This document shows positions 58,773 to 64,000 of a stretch of DNA of 64,000 nucleotides, piece by piece (within the stretch, counting starts at the first letter, position 1; every line of letters begins with the position of its first letter). The stretch covers positions 203,528-267,527 of the forward strand of contig JAHFKN010000001.1 of assembly GCA_023245355.1 (NCBI GenBank), in the 5' to 3' direction. Position numbers and translations under genes: made by a program. Source of the stretch: Candidatus Gottesmanbacteria bacterium (GTDB lineage Bacteria; Patescibacteriota; Microgenomatia; UBA10105; UBA927). The notes beneath the pieces are model-generated. The model saw only the letters and a program-made list of their open reading frames with translations, had not been told where the DNA came from and made no database searches.

Positions 58773-59948
58773 TTAACTCCGCTGTCTTAGGAATGCGGGG
58801 ATATCGAATTCATCCTCTTCCGGCGGCGCTTCATCCGCAGGAGGTGTGAATGTAGCCGGAGGCTGCTGCTTTATAGGCTGCTCAATCGGTACCGGGGGGG
58901 CTGACGGCCGGGTAAACGATGCTGCTCCCCGCGGATATGCGTAGCGCGGATCGGTGGATGCCGGTTTACCCGTCAACTCGCGGAGACGTTTTTTCGTCTC
59001 GTCAAATCCTGTCGCAATCACAGTAATTTTGATCTGATCAACGAGTTTCTCATCGATGATAGCGCCGAAAATTATGTTGGCATCGGGATCGACGGCAGAC
59101 GAAATCAGTTTAGCCGCTTCATCGACTTCGGCCATCGTCAGGTCATTGCCTCCGATTATATTAAACAAGACACCTTTGGCTCCCTCGATCGTGGTTTCCA
59201 ACAGCGGAGACGCTACCGCGGTACGGGCTGCAGTAGCCGCCCTGTTTTCTCCCACACCGGTACCGATTCCCATGAGCGCGCTTCCGGCATTTGTCATGAT
59301 CGCCCGCACGTCAGCAAAGTCCACGTTGATAAGCCCAGGCATCGTGATAAGGTCGGAAATACCCTGCACGCCCTGCCCCAGTACGGAATCGGTTACCCGG
59401 AATGCTTCTACCAGCGTCATTTTTTTGTCGATAACTTCCAGTAACCGCTGATTCGGGATGACGATAAGCGTATCCACTTTGTCTTTGAGATTGGCAATTC
59501 CCTCTTCGGCAGATACCATGCGGCGCGTGCCCTCGAAATGGAACGGCTTTGTGACGACTGCCACGGTAAGGGCTCCCAACTCTTTGGCAATCTCGGCAAA
59601 TACGGGAGTTGCCCCGGTGCCGGTTCCGCCGCCTTCTCCGCAGGTGAGAAATACCATATCGCTATCGCGCATGTATTCGGCGATTTTTTCCCGGGATTCT
59701 TCTGCCGCCTGGCGCCCGACATCCGGACTTCCGCCCGCGCCCAATCCACGGGTCAGATTTTCACCGATCTGAATTTTATTCTGCGCCTGCGACAAAAGGA
59801 GTGCCTGTGCATCGGTGTTGACGGAGATGAAATCCACGCCGTTGATCTGGTTGTTGATGATCATGGAGTTTACGGCATTACTGCCGCCGCCGCCGATACC
59901 GACAACTTTTATTTTGGCAAACCGTGCTAAGTCAGGTTTAATGAGCAT
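58773..59948 (-). CDS. ftsZ: Cell division protein FtsZ
   Basis: [32 protein letters not shown]. Confidence 0.98.
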   Translation of the reverse strand: MLIKPDLARFAKIKVVGIGGGGSNAVNSMIINNQINGVDFISVNTDAQALLLSQAQNKIQIGENLTRGLGAGGSPDVGRQAAEESREKIAEYMRDSDMVFLTCGEGGGTGTGATPVFAEIAKELGALTVAVVTKPFHFEGTRRMVSAEEGIANLKDKVDTLIVIPNQRLLEVIDKKMTLVEAFRVTDSVLGQGVQGISDLITMPGLINVDFADVRAIMTNAGSALMGIGTGVGENRAATAARTAVASPLLETTIEGAKGVLFNIIGGNDLTMAEVDEAAKLISSAVDPDANIIFGAIIDEKLVDQIKITVIATGFDETKKRLRELTGKPASTDPRYAYPRGAASFTRPSAPPVPIEQPIKQQPPATFTPPADEAPPEEDEFDIPAFLRQRS

Positions 59949-60007
59949 AGATAAAAAGAATATGTAATGATTCCATCAGGGGCAAGTCTGAGGGGGGCGG
60001 GTATTTG

Positions 60008-61306
60008 TCAGGGCAAGAATGACTTTACCAGATCGACCAGCTTTCCGGCAAGTCCTTTCACTTGTGCAGAACTTCCTATCTTTCCGAAACCGGATAACAA
60101 CGAGCCTGATGATTCACTTTTACCCGTCGTATTCCCCCAAAGCAATAGTCCGACTCCGGTCGCATACGACGGCGTCATGATTTCGTCGATCAGTCCCGTA
60201 ATCCGCTGCGGCATGCCGATATGCACCGGCATGGCCAGATTTCGGCGCGCTGCCTCAACTGCACCGACCGTGAGCGAACCTCCTCCGGTCATCACGACAC
60301 CCGACGGCGTCATGCCGCCGAAGCCGCTGCGTTTAATTTCCAGTCCCACCATGGTGAAAATTTCGTTTAACCGCGGTTTTATGATGCCCTCAATCAGAGT
60401 TTTCCGGGAAATAGTGCGCATTCCCTCCGGCAATCCCAAATCCGATACGTCGATTTCGTCGTCTTTGTCGCCTTTACCTTTCGGCTTGTCTTCGTCTCCC
60501 GTGATCGGCGCTTTCGGAAGTAACCCCAACCGCAGTTTAATTTTTTCCGCGCTTTCCAGGGAAACACGCAGGCCGGCTGCCAAATCTTTGGTGATGTTGA
60601 TCGCTCCTACCGGAATAACGGACGAATACGACAGTGCGCCCTCGACAAAAATCGCGACATCGGTCGTTCCTCCGCCGATATCGACCAATACGACACCGAG
60701 CTCCCGTTCCGTATCGGAAAGAGTGGCTGTCGCCGATGCCAGACCGCTGAATGCAATCCCTGCTACTTCCACACCCAACTCACTCACACATTTGTGAAGA
60801 TTCCGTATCGCTGTCGCTCCTCCGGTCACAAGATGTGTCTCTACCTCCAGCCGGACGCCGCCCATACCTACAGGGTCTACAATCCCTTCCTGGCCGTCTA
60901 CGCTGTAGCCGCGCGGCAGCACATGAAGAATTTCGCGCGAAGTGGGAAGCTGCACTGCTTTGGCAGCATCAATCACCCGTTTGACGTCGGATGCGACGAT
61001 TTCTTTTTCCGGCTCCGAAACGGCAACTACCCCGTGGGAATTGAGCGATGCGATATGGGAACCTCCGATGCTGACAAACGCCTGTGCGACAGACGCGCCT
61101 GCCATGCGTTCCGCAGCTTCCAATGACGCGGATATCGCTTCTGTGGCTTCTTCGATATTTACGACCTGGCTCTTCCGGAGTCCGCGGCTGGGAGATGAGG
61201 ATACGCCGATGATACGGGCGTCACCTTCTTCAGAAATTGTAGCTATCAGCGTTACAATTTTGGAGGAACCGATGTCAATTGCGGAGAGGATTCTATCGCG
61301 TGCCAT
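60008..61306 (-). CDS. ftsA: Cell division protein FtsA
   Basis: IDIGSSK, VDIGGGTT, VMTGGGS. Confidence 0.97.
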   Translation of the reverse strand: MARDRILSAIDIGSSKIVTLIATISEEGDARIIGVSSSPSRGLRKSQVVNIEEATEAISASLEAAERMAGASVAQAFVSIGGSHIASLNSHGVVAVSEPEKEIVASDVKRVIDAAKAVQLPTSREILHVLPRGYSVDGQEGIVDPVGMGGVRLEVETHLVTGGATAIRNLHKCVSELGVEVAGIAFSGLASATATLSDTERELGVVLVDIGGGTTDVAIFVEGALSYSSVIPVGAINITKDLAAGLRVSLESAEKIKLRLGLLPKAPITGDEDKPKGKGDKDDEIDVSDLGLPEGMRTISRKTLIEGIIKPRLNEIFTMVGLEIKRSGFGGMTPSGVVMTGGGSLTVGAVEAARRNLAMPVHIGMPQRITGLIDEIMTPSYATGVGLLLWGNTTGKSESSGSLLSGFGKIGSSAQVKGLAGKLVDLVKSFLP

Positions 61307-61325
61307 AAAGAGCTTTCTGGTGTTA

Positions 61326-62027
61326 TTAGTTTGTGATGATCGGCTTCTCATGCCGCAGATCAATCACAGTGGGCAGTGTACCTTTTATTCTAAACCCCTC
61401 TACAATTGTTTGTAAAGTATCTGCTTTCACGCTCATGTCGCCGATTTGAGGAAGAAATATGTTTGTATGTCCGCTTATGGCCTGTATGGATAGGCTATCC
61501 CGCTCAAAAATACGGGAAACCGGAGGCGATCCGTTCAGCTGTTTTATAAAAGCGAGAGCGGATAATACGCCCGGATGCCGTACCGTGCCGCCGATAGAAA
61601 GGATCCCGGCCCGGAATTCCAGCGTGGGATACCCCTGGGCGTCGGATACCCCTCCCAATACCAATCCGCGTTCGTCGAGTGCATATACATTCCCCTCGCT
61701 TCTCAGCACCGCAAACACATTTCTTCTGACCAGATGAACGATAAGTGTATCGGGATAGCGCTTCTCAAACCGCACATCGGCAAGTAACGGATAATTATTG
61801 AGGAGGTCAGCCCGCAGTTTATCCGTGGGCAAAAACAACAAATTTTTTCCGATTTTGGTCTTGTCCAGCTCTATACTCATGAGCGGCGCATCCACGATGA
61901 CGTCTTTTATGGTAAACACGCGGACGACGAGCAGAGCAAAAACAGCAGCCAGCAGAACAATCCCGATAACTCCGGCGGCAATCCTGAGCATTCGTCTTAT
62001 CGTATATGCGTGGAGTCGTGATGCCAT
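61326..62027 (-). CDS. ftsQ: FtsQ/DivIB-like protein
   Basis: TM plus POTRA-like segment (KRYPDTL) and IDLR; lies between murG and ftsA. Confidence 0.75.
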   Translation of the reverse strand: MASRLHAYTIRRMLRIAAGVIGIVLLAAVFALLVVRVFTIKDVIVDAPLMSIELDKTKIGKNLLFLPTDKLRADLLNNYPLLADVRFEKRYPDTLIVHLVRRNVFAVLRSEGNVYALDERGLVLGGVSDAQGYPTLEFRAGILSIGGTVRHPGVLSALAFIKQLNGSPPVSRIFERDSLSIQAISGHTNIFLPQIGDMSVKADTLQTIVEGFRIKGTLPTVIDLRHEKPIITN

Positions 62028-62036
62028 TGAATTGTA

Positions 62037-63167
62037 TTACCCGTTCAGCACGTCAGAAATCACACGGACAAAACGCGCTGCCCCGTCGTGCGGAATGGTT
62101 TTAGCAAACAGCGTAGCTTTTTTAGTCCGTTCCGGTAATTCGTCTGTCAGCGTACGGATATTCCGTACCAATGAAGACTCGTTGAAGTGCTGCTGTTCCA
62201 ATATCAGCGCAGAGCCTGCGGCTTCCAATATTTTTGCGTTGTAATACTGCTCATTTCCGGCGGCCCACGGCAGCGGAATAAACAATGCGACTTTCCCGGA
62301 AACGGCAACTTCGGTTACGGTATTGGCTCCTGACCGACCGGCAATCACAGATGCATGATGCAACAGATAACTGTATGCGTCCGTCGATACGAACGGCACC
62401 GGGATATACCGCGCACGCACCGACACGTCCAGCTCTTTTTTCATATCGTCCGCCCGGGCGACGGAAATCCTTCCTACCTGATGCACTACCGTAAATGTTG
62501 TCACAAGCTGCGGCAACGCCCGGAATACGACGTCATTTATACTGGTCGATCCGGTATTGCCTCCCACGATAAACAAAAGCGGCAATGAAGTATCCAGCGC
62601 AAACGGAGATTTTTTCGGAGGATGAAGTACTTCTTTCCGGATGGGAAGCCCGGTTACCGTCACATCGGCTTTTCGGGGAAATCCCGAAACCGTATCGGGA
62701 AACGTCACGCATAGTTTCGTCGTCACACGCGCGATCATACGGTTGGCCAGTCCCGGCCGGGTCGTCTGCTCATGTGTGACTGTCGGGATCCCCGTCACCC
62801 ACGCTGCCAATACGACCGGCAATCCGACATACCCCCCGAACGAAACGACGACGGACGGTTTTTCCCGATATATGTGCCACAGCGCCTGAATACATCCCAC
62901 GGGAATTTTGAAAAATGCGGTTACGGCAGCAAGGCCGCCTTCACGCTTCAGTCGTCCTGCCGTAATGGAAATAAATTTGATGCCCATTCCTGTAATCAGC
63001 CGGTATTCTTCCGAATGCGTATCCTGCCCTTCAAGAGCAATTTTCCGGCCGGCAAATACGATGGTCCACGCAGGAAACAGATTTTGTATTTCCTCTATCG
63101 TGGCCAGTGCCGGCGTGATATGTCCGCCGGTCATCAGAATCTTTATATGAGGATCTGTTGTTTTCAT
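62037..63167 (-). CDS. murG: MurG glycosyltransferase
   Basis: TGGHITPA, FGGYV, HEQ, GLAN, GRSGANT, EQYYNA. Confidence 0.95.
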   Translation of the reverse strand: MKTTDPHIKILMTGGHITPALATIEEIQNLFPAWTIVFAGRKIALEGQDTHSEEYRLITGMGIKFISITAGRLKREGGLAAVTAFFKIPVGCIQALWHIYREKPSVVVSFGGYVGLPVVLAAWVTGIPTVTHEQTTRPGLANRMIARVTTKLCVTFPDTVSGFPRKADVTVTGLPIRKEVLHPPKKSPFALDTSLPLLFIVGGNTGSTSINDVVFRALPQLVTTFTVVHQVGRISVARADDMKKELDVSVRARYIPVPFVSTDAYSYLLHHASVIAGRSGANTVTEVAVSGKVALFIPLPWAAGNEQYYNAKILEAAGSALILEQQHFNESSLVRNIRTLTDELPERTKKATLFAKTIPHDGAARFVRVISDVLNG

Positions 63168-64000
63168 GTATTTTTTTTGCTGATGTTATATACAATTCCT
63201 AACGCGCCCAACGTAATGACCAGGTTTGATCCGCCGTACGAGATAAGCGGCAGCGGTACTCCGGTAAGCGGCAGCAATGCCACCATGGACCCGATATTGA
63301 TAAGCGTCTGTGCGCCGATCCATGACCCGATGCCAAGCGCCAGCATTTTTCCGAACGGCTCATTGACTCTGCGCGCAATTTTAAAACAGCGCCATACCAG
63401 AAACAAAAACAGCAAAATCACAATCGCCGCCCCGACAAATCCCGTTTCTTCTCCTAATATAGCAAATATGGAATCCGTATTTGCTTCCGGCAGATATTCG
63501 TACTTCTGACGCGACTTCCCCAGTCCCACACCGAACAGGCCGCCGCTCCCCAGCGCGAGAATCACCTGCCGGATCTGATACGAAGATCCGAGAGGATCCG
63601 CATCGGGATTTAAAAACGTGAGTACTCTACGCATCCTATACGGGTGCGAGATGGCAAGCCCGCCAACCCCCAAAAGCAACACGGGCAATAGCATCACAAA
63701 ATGCATAATCGGAGCTCCTGAGAGAAAATACAGCGCGACGGCCGTCACCAGAATCGTCACGGCAGTTCCCAAATCCGGCTCTATAACGACGAGGCCTACC
63801 ACCATACCGATAAGCAATACAAATGCGAGCAGTCTGCCCCGTTCTTTTGTGGAAAACCACGCAGACAGATAAATTACCATCGTGAGTTTAGCCAGTTCCG
63901 CAGGCTGCACGATAAAAATTCCGAAGTTCAGCCACCGGTGCGCCCCGAGCGCCCGCACGCCGAATCCCGGGATAAATACAGCAAGGAGCAATACGAGGGT
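63164..64000 (-). CDS. ftsW: FtsW (SEDS), 5' end outside the window
   Basis: QPAELAK, EPDLGT, GKSRQKYEYLPEANTDSIF, LPLISYGGS. Confidence 0.93.
   Translation of the reverse strand, partial: TLVLLLAVFIPGFGVRALGAHRWLNFGIFIVQPAELAKLTMVIYLSAWFSTKERGRLLAFVLLIGMVVGLVVIEPDLGTAVTILVTAVALYFLSGAPIMHFVMLLPVLLLGVGGLAISHPYRMRRVLTFLNPDADPLGSSYQIRQVILALGSGGLFGVGLGKSRQKYEYLPEANTDSIFAILGEETGFVGAAIVILLFLFLVWRCFKIARRVNEPFGKMLALGIGSWIGAQTLINIGSMVALLPLTGVPLPLISYGGSNLVITLGALGIVYNISKKNT

Noticed and set aside
59967-60797. Long antisense ORFs (here, 50732..51493, 52940..53551 and many others)
   Set aside because: They are shadows of well-conserved genes on the opposite strand in GC-richer DNA.

Overview
The window has two halves. 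Positions 1 to about 31,570 are the late region of an AT-richer, podovirus-like prophage: DNA methylase end, terminase, portal, scaffold, capsid, short-tail and ejection proteins, and lysis genes. Two cargo blocks interrupt it. Cargo 1 is an ECF sigma/anti-sigma/secreted-protein cassette. Cargo 2 is a cupin, a GNAT and a glyA-like/glyS operon. Positions ~31,600-64,000 are GC-richer host chromosome; gene content suggests Patescibacteria/CPR, Microgenomates-like (inference). This half holds mltG, a surface glycosylation cluster, two tRNAs, lepB, parB, rpmA/rplU, rodA, ileS and ftsW-murG-ftsQ-ftsA-ftsZ. The strongest unannotated signals are non-coding RNAs. (1) Two copies of a phage promoter plus leader carry a conserved bulged hairpin overlapping a very long terminator, which suggests a protein-controlled antitermination switch; the DUF2292-like protein is a candidate effector. 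(2) Two tandem, extremely reduced glycine T-box riboswitches have an ultrashort Stem I and no Stem II; one looks transcriptional and one translational. (3) The host ileS T-box also has an ultrashort Stem I. (4) The CCA end of an atypical tRNA-Thr overlaps the next start codon. All calls come from reading motifs by eye; no searches were run.
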